Source: Paramoeba atlantica
Taxonomy: Eukaryota; Protista; Discosea
Assembly (NCBI GenBank): GCA_977017575.1
Contig: CDRNVI010000013.1
Coordinates: forward strand, 1-64,000
Direction of reading: 5' to 3'
Length of the DNA: 64,000 bases
How positions within the stretch are numbered: the stretch's first letter is position 1; the number at the start of each line of letters is the position of its first letter. The position numbers and the translations under genes are program-made. Positions 30,183-40,760 of the stretch are shown here, piece after piece. The notes below the pieces were generated by a model. The model was not told the origin of the DNA. It saw only the letters and a list, made by a program, of their open reading frames with translations, and searched no databases.

Positions 30183-32390
30183 AAACGTTGTCTTAATAAA
30201 AAACGTTGTCTTAATAAAAAACGTTGTCTTAATAAAAAACGTTGTCTTAATAAAAAACGTTGTCTTAATAAAAAACGTTGTCTTAATAAAAAACGTTGTC
30301 TTAATAAAAAACGTTGTCTTAATAAAAAACGTTGTCTTAATAAAAAACGTTGTCTTAATAAAAAACGTTGTCTTAATAAAAAACGTTGTCTTAATAAAAA
30401 ACGTTGTCTTAATAAAAAACGTTGTCTTAATAAAAAACGTTGTCTTAATAAAAAACGTTGTCTTAATAAAAAACGTTGTCTTAATAAAAAACGTTGTCTT
30501 AATAAAAAACGTTGTCTTAATAAAAAACGTTGTCTTAATAAAAAACGTTGTCTTAATAAAAAACGTTGTCTTAATAAAAAACGTTGTCTTAATAAAAAAC
30601 GTTGTCTTAATAAAAAACGTTGTCTTAATAAAAAACGTTGTCTTAATAAAAAACGTTGTCTTAATAAAAAACGATGTCTTAATAAAAAACGTTGTCTTAA
30701 TAAAAAACGTTGTCTTAATAAAAAACGGTGTCTTAATAAAAAACGTTGTCTTAATAAAAAACGTTGTCTTAATAAAAAACGTTGTCTTAATAAAAAACGT
30801 TGTCTTAATAAAAAACGTTGTCTTAATAAAAAACGTTGTCTTAATAAAAAACGTTGTCTTAATAAAAAACGTTGTCTTAATAAAAAACGATGTCTTTATA
30901 AAAAACGATGTCTTAATAAAAAACGTTGTCTTAATAAAAAACGTTGTCTTAATAAAAAACGTTGTCTTAATAAAAAACGTTGTCTTAATAAAAAACGTTG
31001 TCTTAATAAAAAACGTTGTCTTAATAAAAAACGATGTCTTAATAAAAAACGTTGTCTTAATAAAAAACGTTGTCTTAATAAAAAACGGTGTCTTAATAAA
31101 AAACGTTGTCTTAATAAAAAACGTTGTCTTAATAAAAAACGTTGTCTTAATAAAAAACGTTGTCTTAATAAAAAACGTTGTCTTAATAAAAAACGTTGTC
31201 TTAATAAAAAACGTTGTCTTAATAAAAAACGTTGTCTTAATAAAAAACGATGTCTTTATAAAAAACGATGTCTTAATAAAAAACGTTGTCTTAATAAAAA
31301 ACGTTGTCTTAATAAAAAACGTTGTCTTAATAAAAAACGTTGTCTTAATAAAAAACGTTGTCTTAATAAAAAACGTTGTCTTAATAAAAAACGTTGTCTT
31401 AATAAAAAACGTTGTCTTAATAAAAAACGTTGTCTTAATAAAAAACGTTGTCTTAATAAAAAACGTTGTCTTAATAAAAAACGTTGTCTTAATAAAAAAC
31501 GTTGTCTTAATAAAAAACGTTGTCTTAATAAAAAACGTTGTCTTAATAAAAAACGTTGTCTTAATAAAAAACGTTGTCTTAATAAAAAACGTTGTCTTAA
31601 TAAAAAACGTTGTCTTAATAAAAAACGTTGTCTTAATAAAAAACGTTGTCTTAATAAAAAACGTTTTCTTAATAAAAAACGTTTTCTTAATAAAAAACGT
31701 TTTCTTAATAAAAAACGTTGTCTTAATAAAAAACGTTGTCTTAATAAAAAACGTTGTCTTAATAAAAAACGTTGTCTTAATAAAAAACGTTGTCTTAATA
31801 AAAAACGTTGTCTTAATAAAAAACGTTGTCTTAATAAAAAACGTTGTCTTAATAAAAAACGTTGTCTTAATAAAAAACGTTGTCTTAATAAAAAACGTTG
31901 TCTTAATAAAAAACGTTGTCTTAATAAAAAACGTTGTCTTAATAAAAAACGTTGTCTTAATAAAAAACGTTGTCTTAATAAAAAACGTTGTCTTAATAAA
32001 AAACGTTGTCTTAATAAAAAACGTTGTCTTAATAAAAAACGTTGTCTTAATAAAAAACGTTGTCTTAATAAAAAACGTTGTCTTAATAAAAAACGTTGTC
32101 TTAATAAAAAACGTTGTCTTAATAAAAAACGTTGTCTTAATAAAAAACGTTGTCTTAATAAAAAACGTTGTCTTAATAAAAAACGTTGTCTTAATAAAAA
32201 ACGTTGTCTTAATAAAAAACGTTGTCTTAATAAAAAACGTTGTCTTAATAAAAAACGTTGTCTTAATAAAAAACGTTGTCTTAATAAAAAACGTTGTCTT
32301 AATAAAAAACGTTGTCTTAATAAAAAACGTTTTCTTAATAAAAAACGTTGTCTTAATAAAAAACGTTGTCTTAATAAAAAACGTTGTCTT
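30183..32390 (+). repeat. 18-bp satellite array, about 122 units
   Basis: Tandem AATAAAAAACGTTGTCTT with rare variant units. Confidence 0.99.
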
Positions 32391-34029
32391 AATAATAATA
32401 ATAATAATAATATACCACTTAGTTCTTAAAAGTGGTTAGGAATCTTTCTGCCATGACTTTGAATGCTACTTTCTTTCTCTTATTCTTTGGACTGACGCAA
32501 ATGCCTTTTGCAGCATTTATGTCCGCATGCTTCCTTGTCTTTACACCGATGAGCACACTCCTTCGATTCATGCCTAACTGCCTCGTTACTATTCTGTGCA
32601 TTTTCACAAGCAGGTGGAGGGGCAATCTCTTGTATTAGTAGAAAGGATACGATACCTTCTGCTGCTTTGTAGGCTACTCTGTCCGCCAAATCGTTTCGTG
32701 CATTTTCGCAGTGCGCCCTTACCTTGACGACATGTACATTTGCCGTCTCAAATATACATTGCGCCTTATCACCAATTTTCTTTAATAGATCCGCATTTTC
32801 GAGTGTTGTATAACCATCTAGTTGAAAACTGATGCGATGTCGATGCCAAAACTGCCATACGTGCTCGGAGTCTACATGCACCACGAAGTCTCCTTCTCGT
32901 TGATGTCCGATTGTCAAGGCTTGCAGAAAAGCACGTAGTTCTGCTCGTATGGGGGTTCGATCTTGTTTTGAGAGTTCTTGTTGCTCTATAAATGTACATC
33001 TTTCATTCTCAAAGAGCACAACCGATATTCCTGCACAAAGCGCTTCTTTACTTCCCCTAACAGAACCGTCACAGTATAAATGACGCAGATCTTTCTCTGG
33101 CCAGCTTACAGGACCCTCCTCATAGAATTGTAGTGCAGACCATTTTTCTGAAGCTGATCGCTCAGAACGGAAAATGTTTTCAACTTCTGAACGACATGAT
33201 TGACTCGAGTGTGACTTGTAGGTCGCTGTAGGTTCTAATCGAGTCCGTAAACGCTCAACTTTTAATTTCCATTCCTCACGGTTCTTCGCTAAATCAAACA
33301 TTTCTGCAACATCTATCCCCAAATCTTCTGCTGTAGCCTCGGACAGAGACTTTATGCGCGCTTTGTCATTTTCGTTCCAGAGCATGACGTCGGCAAACGA
33401 GGAATCGTGTCTCAACAAATGACCGACAAGCTTGGCTCTGTTTACTCGCAGTTGTGTTGAAAACAGTGATTCTCCGCGATACAATGCAGCTGTAGGCGTT
33501 CGTTTCCTTCCATCCCAGAGTGGCATTCCCGTCGCCATACGTCGCATCTTGTTTACTTCGATGTCCACCTCCTTCAATTCCTTCTTCGTGGCGACGAGAG
33601 ATGCAGAACCGTATATTAAAACACTGTTTACCAGCGCGCTGAAAATCCTCAGGCGAAGCGCAATGCTTAAGCTAGAATTCCAAAGCGGCTTAAGACGATG
33701 AAACGCTTTCCAAGATAAAGCAACTCGTTCTTGCAGTGTCAAAGATATTTGCTGTGAATTCTTCTTGTGTCCAAGATATCGATATTCTACTACTTCTGGT
33801 ATTGCTCCAAATTTAGTTACAAGCGCACTCTCTTGACAACCTCCTTTAAGTCCTTTGCCCACTGCCATCCAAGCAGTTTTGGTCACGCCTATGTTTATAT
33901 GCAAACCAGCCTTTTCCGATTCTGCGCATAGTGCTTCTATCATATCCCTCAGAATATTTCGAGATTCTGCAAAAAATGCAATATCGTCGGCGTAATTTAG
34001 ATCGGTAATGCGAGTTTTCTTCACTCCTC
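32391..34029 (-). mobile_element. 5'-truncated ingi/RTE-like element (RT C-terminal half + RNase H) with (TTA)7 tail, inserted in the satellite
   Basis: YADDIAFF, YRYLGH, LYCDGS, AELRA, HVDS, VRAH, NDLAD. (AAT)7 at 32391-32411; satellite on both sides. Confidence 0.9.
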
Positions 34030-34415
34030 TTAATAAAAAACGTTGTCTTAATAAAAAACGTTGTCTTAATAAAAAACGTTGTCTTAATAAAAAACGTTGT
34101 CTTAATAAAAAACGTTGTCTTAATAAAAAACGTTGTCTTAATAAAAAACGTTGTCTTAATACAAACGTTGTCTTAATAAAAAACGTTGTCTTAATAAAAA
34201 ACGTTGTCTTAATAAAAAACGTTGTCTTAATAAAAAACGTTGTCTTAATAAAAAACGTTGTCTTAATAAAAAACGTTGTCTTAATAAAAAACGTTGTCTT
34301 AATAAAAAACGTTGTCTTAATAAAAAACGTTGTCTTAATAAAAAACGTTGTCTTAATAAAAAACGTTGTCTTAATAAAAAACGTTGTCTTAATAAAAAAC
34401 GTTGTCTTAATAAAA
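34030..34415 (+). repeat. 18-bp satellite array, about 21 units
   Basis: Tandem units with one variant (AATACAAACG). Confidence 0.98.
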
Positions 34416-35075
34416 CCGACCTTTGCAGCAGAGCCAAACTGGCCCCACAACGAGAAAAAAGTCTTGGCAACAGAGGCCCAGGGGGCTGTGCCTTCACCGC
34501 CATGGTGGTGGAGAGCTACGGTGCGTGGAGCAGCGGTGCATCCGCAGTACTCCGTAAAGTTGGAGAACGGCTTTCGCACGCCTCGTGCGGGTTATTGACA
34601 GAAGGGGGGGCGACGAGCAGAATCTTCACGGAGTTAAACGTGACCCTCATGCGCCTTCAGGCCCGCATGATGGTTAATCGCCTTCTCACTGATGACCCGT
34701 TTTCTTGCTTGGGGGAGTAAACGTTTCCTGACCGGACGGCAGTCAGCACAGACCCACGTTTGCGCCCTCATAGATGGCTGGCCTGGATGCTGGTCGATGC
34801 CGACAGGGTCTATGCTCACGCCTAGCCCTCAAGGGCTAGGTACTCCAAGTGAGGTAGGACATGGGTCGGGAACTAAAACTTCCTCCCCGTCGGCCAGCAC
34901 CCTGTTTCGCGACCGTGCCGCTGTCGGCACAAGCCCGCGCCTGCGCCCTCCCATATAACAAGGGAAGAGTTCACAAGTCAGGCCGAGGAGTGGTCGAAAG
35001 ACCCAGTCCGGAACGCGCGAATGAATTGGGCATAAATTGCTTCTTTTTATTATTATTGTTATCAAAATCATAAAT
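34416..35075 (+). mobile_element. 3' fragment of a CRE-clade non-LTR element (REL endonuclease C-terminus + 3'UTR)
   Basis: FTAMVVESYGAWSSGASAVL resembles the F-x-P-x-x-x-E-x-x-G-x-W motif after the REL core; stop at 34720. Confidence 0.65.
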
Positions 35076-35494
35076 ACTGTAACTTAAGGCAGGTTGAATT
35101 ATTAGTTTTGGGCTACAACATGTGAAATTGCTAATTTGATTGCTTGTTTACAAATCATATACCCCCCCAATGGACCTACTTGGTTCGTCTACTGAGTAAA
35201 AATATAGAGGCAATGCCGCGTTTTATACTTAAAAAAAAAAAAAAAACTTCTCGTCCCATCATCCCCCTGCGCCGTATCCCCCCACCTCGACCTTAAAAAA
35301 AAAAAAAAAACTATATATATACGTTCTTTAGTTATTCATGCACACGTGTACGACGAAAACACGTGTTTGACGAGTGAAAGGGTGCTGTACTGTGGTTAGT
35401 TGCGTTGGGTTGTCGTGAGGGGATGGGAGGGAGAGTGAGGGAGTGAAGGGTGCGAGGAGAGTGGGGGTGTGTAACGAGACTTGGTGTGCGTGGT

Positions 35495-35870
35495 GACGTG
35501 CGAACGGGTTGGTTCGCGACGTGGTGGGCATAACGCCCGTTCGTAAGTTACAGGGAATGTTTGCTAGGTTAAAGAGCTCTATTTGGTGATACTTGTGATA
35601 CTTAGTATATTTTATTGATTACAAAGGAAATGGGTATAGCGGGATAAATCTTCTATTTATACATGGGAAATATTGATTTCTTTGTTTACCTTATTTTACG
35701 AAGTTTATGGCAGAAGAAAGGGTCCGTTGATTTCTATAAGTTTACGATAAGAAATTTAGGAGACTTTATTTTGTTGATATTGCAGATGGTGCCCCGAAAG
35801 GGGTCTAAACTGTTTTCAAATTCTACCCCGAAATGGGTCTAAACTATTTATCTATGTACCAGGGATAGAT
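35495..35870 (+). mobile_element. Relic 3' end (B1|A2 junction) of a further YR family related to family 2
   Basis: ACGTGCGAACGGGTTGGTTCGCG and GCCCGTTCGTAAGT match the start of family 2 B1. TTGATTTCTATAAGTTTACGATAAGAAATTTAGGA matches the family 2 junction GATTTC|TATAAGTATACGTTTAGAAATTTAGGA. Confidence 0.7.
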
Positions 35871-35896
35871 TGAGGTAATTATAAATATACGATATA

Positions 35897-35931
35897 TTTA
35901 ACGATAAAGATACAGTTTCTGTACCTTGTTG
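35897..35931 (+). other. Spliced-leader-like exon sequence TTTAACGATAAAGATACAGTTTCTGTACCTTGTTG
   Basis: The CAGTTTCTGTAC core and TTG end are typical of kinetoplastid/diplonemid SL exons. Identical 35-mers at 61843-61877 (-) and 63465-63499 (+). Confidence 0.82.
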
Positions 35932-35959
35932 ATTTATTTTCTATTACTTTCTCACTTTC

Positions 35960-36595
35960 ATGGGCATGATCACGCGGAGCCGGGCGAAAGAAACGGGAGT
36001 AGCTCCCGTCGTACAGCCTCTACCTCCGACCCGTCGCAGGAAGAAAACAATTGAGGAGAAACCGCCTGAGGCTCCGTCCGAACCGAGCGCTTCTCCTTCG
36101 CCGCCCCCGCCGCCCCCGCCGCCCCCGCCGCCCTCACCACCCACGACTTTGTCCACTGAAACTCCGTCTCTTCCATCGCCCGTCCCCGCCGCATCGCGGT
36201 CACCTACTTCACCGCCACTTCCGCCGCCACTACCGCCGCCATCACCACCATCAACGCCATCTGCGTGTCCACAATCTCCTCCTCCGTCGATGCGTCGATC
36301 GCCGACCCCACTGCCGAAAAGTGACTGCAAAGTCACAATTAAGAACGCACTGCTGTCTTCAAATTTCTTCAATCGGCGAAACAAACAACTCAACCTTCTT
36401 CAGACAAGAGCTGACAAAGTGTCGCAAGACGAGAGCCCAACCATTCGTCACCCAGAAGGAAATCAGCTCGGATTAGCGCGGGATTACGTGATCCAAGATT
36501 TTACACTTCGATTACAAGAATTCAACGGATGGGTTGTTCTCTCGCAACTTGGCAAATTTCTAGTGCCGCAGAGCCGAGAAGATACGGCGATTTAA
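35960..36595 (+). pseudogene. 5' fragment of a CRE/SLACS-like ORF (Pro-rich N-terminus)
   Basis: MGMITRSRAKETGVAPVVQPLPPTRRRKK matches the N-termini of ORFs 40761 and 61820; truncated before RT. Confidence 0.8.
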
Positions 36596-36859
36596 TCAAC
36601 CATTCTTTATTAATTATGAAAACTTGAGAAAGTAATTTTGGTTCCGGCTCAACACATGAGAGAAAATCATATTTTTCATTATCTGAAAAGACCGGTCATA
36701 TTATGTAAAAAAAAAAAAAACTAATGTTGGATGCCCGCCTTGAGTCTTTTGGATATTGATTGGATTCTGGTCCTAATATAATTATTTGGTAGGTAAAAAA
36801 AAAAATTTTCCTTTGTTAGTAATGAATAAATTTAGGTTAGATGGGTTAAAAAAAAAGCT

Positions 36860-37468
36860 CGGATCGACAACGCGGTGCCATCACACCCGTCTATTCCTAA
36901 GAACTCGACAATGAAAGTCATACCAGTGGACGAAAAAGCTTCCACCAGCATTCATCGTCGAAGTATTGAAAGAGTTGCAAACGGATCCCGACATTAAGCA
37001 CATTCTACAAGCCACATCCTTCAAAGGAAACAGCGACTGGATCCTTTCCAACGCGAAGTACATCCCTTCCCATCTCTTCAAACTCGCGATTATGCCACGA
37101 CTAAATGCCCAACACCCAGATCTACCTACCAGTCTATTGTTTCCAGGGTGCGGTATTCTCCTCAATAACCGAAACGCCCTCACCCATATCCCAGGCTGTG
37201 CTCAATCGCCATCGCTCGGAAGCATGCGAAATATGTAAAATCAACTATGTTGCGAAATGATCAATTTCAATGCCTCCCTATATTGTCCTGCGGGGCTCTC
37301 CACAATAACACAAAATCTCTACTACAGCTCCTGGCGGAAAAGGTCTACCGCGAACCCAAGGCGATTCTGAATGATTTTGTGCTTCTTCAACAGGAATTGA
37401 ATGGAGCGATAGTCCAGGCGCAATTGCGTAGCTACTTACCGGATCCGAAAGATGAGTATGCTTATTAG
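36860..37468 (+). pseudogene. Degraded, internally deleted CRE/SLACS-like 3' fragment
   Basis: YIPSHLFKLAIMPRL..HIPGC, then QCLPILSCGALHNNTK; poly(A) near 37555. Confidence 0.82.
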
Positions 37469-37699
37469 AGTCGAGTCCGAGTCTGGACTTATTTGGTGGA
37501 TAAGGTAGTAATAGGAAGAAGTGGAAAAGGTAGGAGGATAAATTAGGAATACGAAAAAAAAAAAGCTTAAGGATCTACACCCGGAGGGATAACGTCAAAA
37601 AAAAAAAGCTATCGGAATTCTACAGAAAAATGCCTTCCGAAAGATATATATATATTTTTAGAACGCTTTCGTTTTCGGAAAACAAAAAAAAAAAAATGC

Positions 37700-38285
37700 T
37701 CAATGTTCAGGTATAAATACGACCGTGAAACATAACTCACTTGTCGGATTTTTACATCGTCTATGCGTGAAAGCAGGCATCCCATGTGAAACGGAACCTA
37801 GAAACTTTTCTACGTGGAAGTGCATCGCTTGCCGATCTACAATCAGTCCGGAAAACCAGTTGGTACATCAGAAGACTTGTGCAGGAAAAAAACTTTGTCG
37901 GTCTGGCCCCGATCTCGTGATCTATTGGAACACGGGTGCGGTCTTCTATGATCTGACAGTTATTCACGAACTCTCAATGTCTAATCGTGGAAAGAAATGC
38001 ACACAGCTCATGAATGACGCGCTGCAGCGAAAGTCCAACACATATGTACGTACGAACTTAATTCGTGAAGACTCATTTCAATGTTTACCCGTACTGGCAG
38101 GAGGCGCTTTGCACCGCAATACGCAGAATTTGGTACACTCGCTAGCAGACGCGGCCATGCTAAACAGGAAACAGGTCGAACTCGAAATGAAGCTGACGAT
38201 TCAGGAGCTTAATGGATTAGGGATTTATGCGCAGCTAAAGAAATACTTAGACGGCTGCACGCAAACTCAAGAATATAGTATATAA
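37700..38285 (+). pseudogene. CRE/SLACS-like 3' fragment (Zn finger + REL endonuclease)
   Basis: KHNSLVGFL, CIAC..H..C, RSGPDLVIYW..YDLTVIH; poly(A) near 38446-38458. Confidence 0.87.
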
Positions 38286-38473
38286 GTTCTAAACACAATA
38301 TCACTATAAGCTGAGTCAGCTTATAAAATTATATAGATTTCATTTTCGGGATAGTTTCTCTTTGAAAATTGAGAGAAGGGGGGAAGGTGAACATGTCTCA
38401 TAAAGATTTCACACTTGTGGAAGTTTATTTCCAGGTTCAGGTCCAAAAAAAAAAAAAAACCTAACAAGAACCT

Positions 38474-38489
38474 TTTCTGTACCTTGTTG
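38474..38489 (+). other. Truncated SL-like remnant (TTTCTGTACCTTGTTG)
   Basis: The 3' 16 nt of the 35-mer, 29 nt before ATG 38519. Confidence 0.75.
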
Positions 38490-38518
38490 ATTTTTACTAC
38501 TTTGCTTTTCTTTCTTTT

Positions 38519-40648
38519 ATGTCAGAACCTCCCCCGAGGGCGGCGCAAGGCACGCCGTCGCATCAGCAGCAGAACACTGCAGCAGTGAGGTCCACTGGCG
38601 TAAAGGAGCACAACTTGAACTTTACGGAACAAGCGAATAGACACGAGATTGGATCATGGGACCAGTTTGAGGCAAACAAGAAACTCATCCAAGACGCTAG
38701 CACGTACGACGACCTCATGTACACAACCCCCATTCCACAGCATATTCCCCTCAACTGGCAAAAGAAGATGGAACACAAAGCGCAAAGCATCGAGAAAAAC
38801 CCAACGTCAGACCACGGCCGCCACAACACGAAAGACGAGGAAACCGCTTTTGCCAGTGTTCGGAGAAATGAAATTCTACGAAGAAGTCAAACTGGAGAGT
38901 CATCCTTGAAAATTAAGATCAGAAAAGAGACACGACTGAAGAAAACTCCGAAAAAGGTAAAAGTGATACTCCGTAGCTCTGATCTAACGAAGGCGAACCT
39001 CGGACAAGCGGACATGTCACATGACGAAGGATCGGAGAGCTCATCTGCATCAGGATCAGACATCTCGGAGGACGATCGGGTGGCCGAGGTCGCTGGCCGA
39101 GGTCGGCTGGCCGAGGTCCATGCTTACGTCGACGACGTTAATCTTGTATCAAATGACGCAGTTCAACTTTCGAAAGCATTTACCCGGCTCCAAGCCCTGT
39201 TGAAAGACTTTAGCCTCGTAGTATCAACGCACAAATGCTTGTGGTTTGGAGGGATGGGAAAAGTACCTATGCCTCAAGAGTTATGCGATGCAGAGGTAAG
39301 AAATGCGGAACACACATTGAAGACTTTAGGCGCATTCATTGGGGAGGACTCTAAGATCAGTGAGCAACTTCTTACTTCTCTCCAGAAACACAACGACATT
39401 TTCCGTCGTCTGAAACTCATGGGGTTAAACAATACTTCTGCGAAATTGTTGTCAAAATGCGTTAACGTCCGACAAAGATATCAAATGCGGGTGCACCATC
39501 CCGATGCATCGGAGGCATTGACAGAACGTTTTGATAAAGAGGTGGAACACGTTCTACAATCCTGGTTCGGATCACTCACAAAGGAGCAAATAACGCAAAT
39601 CAGGCTACCGGTGAAGAAAGGCGGGTTAGGTTTAACAGCGTGCCTTCCAACGAGACATGCCGCTTTTGAATCTTCATGGTTTTCGGTTTTTGAGCGCCCA
39701 AAAAATCTTTCAGCTCGGACTGAACAACGTGAAGTAAACACAAGCGACAGCGCCCACAGCGACAAGGACACAAACGTGCCATTCGACGAACACACAGTAG
39801 CGGCAAAACTACATACGCAGGCGTGGGAATCTTTAACATCATCGACAGCGAATAGTGCCTCCATCCTGGAAGCGGTAAGTTACACGGGTAATGCAGAATG
39901 GGTTATGTCCAATGCAAAATTTGTGCCCTCGCATTTGTTCTCGCTTGCAATGATGCCGAGATTGGGTATTGCTCATCCGAGTCTACCTAAGCAATTGCTC
40001 TGCCCGGGTTGCAAAATGCTACTAGAATCGCAAACAATTTTAACACACATCCCCGGGTGTTCGAAGTGCCCAGGCTTAAACGCAACTACAAAACATAATT
40101 CGCTAGTCAATTTTCTTTACGAGCTCTGTTTGAAGGCAGGCATTCCATGCGAAAAAGAACCGCGTAATTTCTCGACATTTGCGTGCACGCAGTGTAACCA
40201 GAAAGTGGACTCTGATTACCGGCGGACGCATGAAAAGGTATGCGGTGGTCGTTCTTTTCGAAGATCAGGACCTGACCTTGTCGTTTTTTGGAATACAGGG
40301 GAAATTTTTTATGATTTCACCGTAATTCATGAATTAGCGGCATCGAACCTAGGTACAAACTGTGCAAAGCTGTTTCGTGATGCCATCAAACGAAAGCATG
40401 ACACTTACGTCCGACCCGGCACAATTCCTGAGGACATGTTCAGATGCATTCCAATGCTGTCAGGGGGGGCGCTTCACCACAACACGAAGTCCCTTCTGAG
40501 TGCTCTAGCAGATGCGTGCTGTCTCCCCCGGAAGCAAGTACACCTCGAATTTCAGCTCCACCTGCAAGAGTTAAATGGGGCCGTTGTGCATTCACAGCTG
40601 CGGTCTTTTCTGGAGAAGGATAAGGGTGCCGCAGAGTTGGGAATTTAG
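38519..40648 (+). CDS. Chimeric ORF: LsmAD-like (ataxin-2/Pbp1-type) host segment fused in frame to a CRE-like RT C-terminal half, Zn finger and REL
   Basis: WDQFEANKKL..STYDDLMYTT resembles LsmAD. From about 39110: HAYVDD, GGLGL, CPGC..H..C, GPDLVVFW..YDFTVIH. Confidence 0.8.
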   Translation: MSEPPPRAAQGTPSHQQQNTAAVRSTGVKEHNLNFTEQANRHEIGSWDQFEANKKLIQDASTYDDLMYTTPIPQHIPLNWQKKMEHKAQSIEKNPTSDHGRHNTKDEETAFASVRRNEILRRSQTGESSLKIKIRKETRLKKTPKKVKVILRSSDLTKANLGQADMSHDEGSESSSASGSDISEDDRVAEVAGRGRLAEVHAYVDDVNLVSNDAVQLSKAFTRLQALLKDFSLVVSTHKCLWFGGMGKVPMPQELCDAEVRNAEHTLKTLGAFIGEDSKISEQLLTSLQKHNDIFRRLKLMGLNNTSAKLLSKCVNVRQRYQMRVHHPDASEALTERFDKEVEHVLQSWFGSLTKEQITQIRLPVKKGGLGLTACLPTRHAAFESSWFSVFERPKNLSARTEQREVNTSDSAHSDKDTNVPFDEHTVAAKLHTQAWESLTSSTANSASILEAVSYTGNAEWVMSNAKFVPSHLFSLAMMPRLGIAHPSLPKQLLCPGCKMLLESQTILTHIPGCSKCPGLNATTKHNSLVNFLYELCLKAGIPCEKEPRNFSTFACTQCNQKVDSDYRRTHEKVCGGRSFRRSGPDLVVFWNTGEIFYDFTVIHELAASNLGTNCAKLFRDAIKRKHDTYVRPGTIPEDMFRCIPMLSGGALHHNTKSLLSALADACCLPRKQVHLEFQLHLQELNGAVVHSQLRSFLEKDKGAAELGI

Positions 40649-40760
40649 AGTTGGAGATCCATGGTCAAAAGAGAATCCGAACTTCTAATCGATATTAGAA
40701 GCTAAGTCAGACTGCATAATTTACAAAAATTGTTTTTCTTTCCTACTCTTTTTCTTTGAA

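Noticed and set aside
30183-32390. CRISPR array
   Set aside because: Head-to-tail repeats without unique spacers, no cas genes, and a eukaryotic context.
30183-32390. 18-mer as the telomeric repeat
   Set aside because: No G-rich strand, and the arrays are internal and in variant forms; cannot be supported from this window.
35495-35560. tRNA suggested by GGTTCG
   Set aside because: No cloverleaf; the segment aligns with the start of YR family 2 B1.
35897-36050. SL RNA gene
   Set aside because: No GT donor, intron or Sm-site after the exon, no shared upstream promoter, and no tandem SL repeat unit.
35960-36350. Extensin/formin-like proline-rich host protein
   Set aside because: The N-terminus matches the CRE-like element ORFs at 40761 and 61820.
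36459-36467. GAAATCAGC as the end of another family 2 element
   Set aside because: Only a 9-bp match, and the adjacent sequence does not follow the B repeat.
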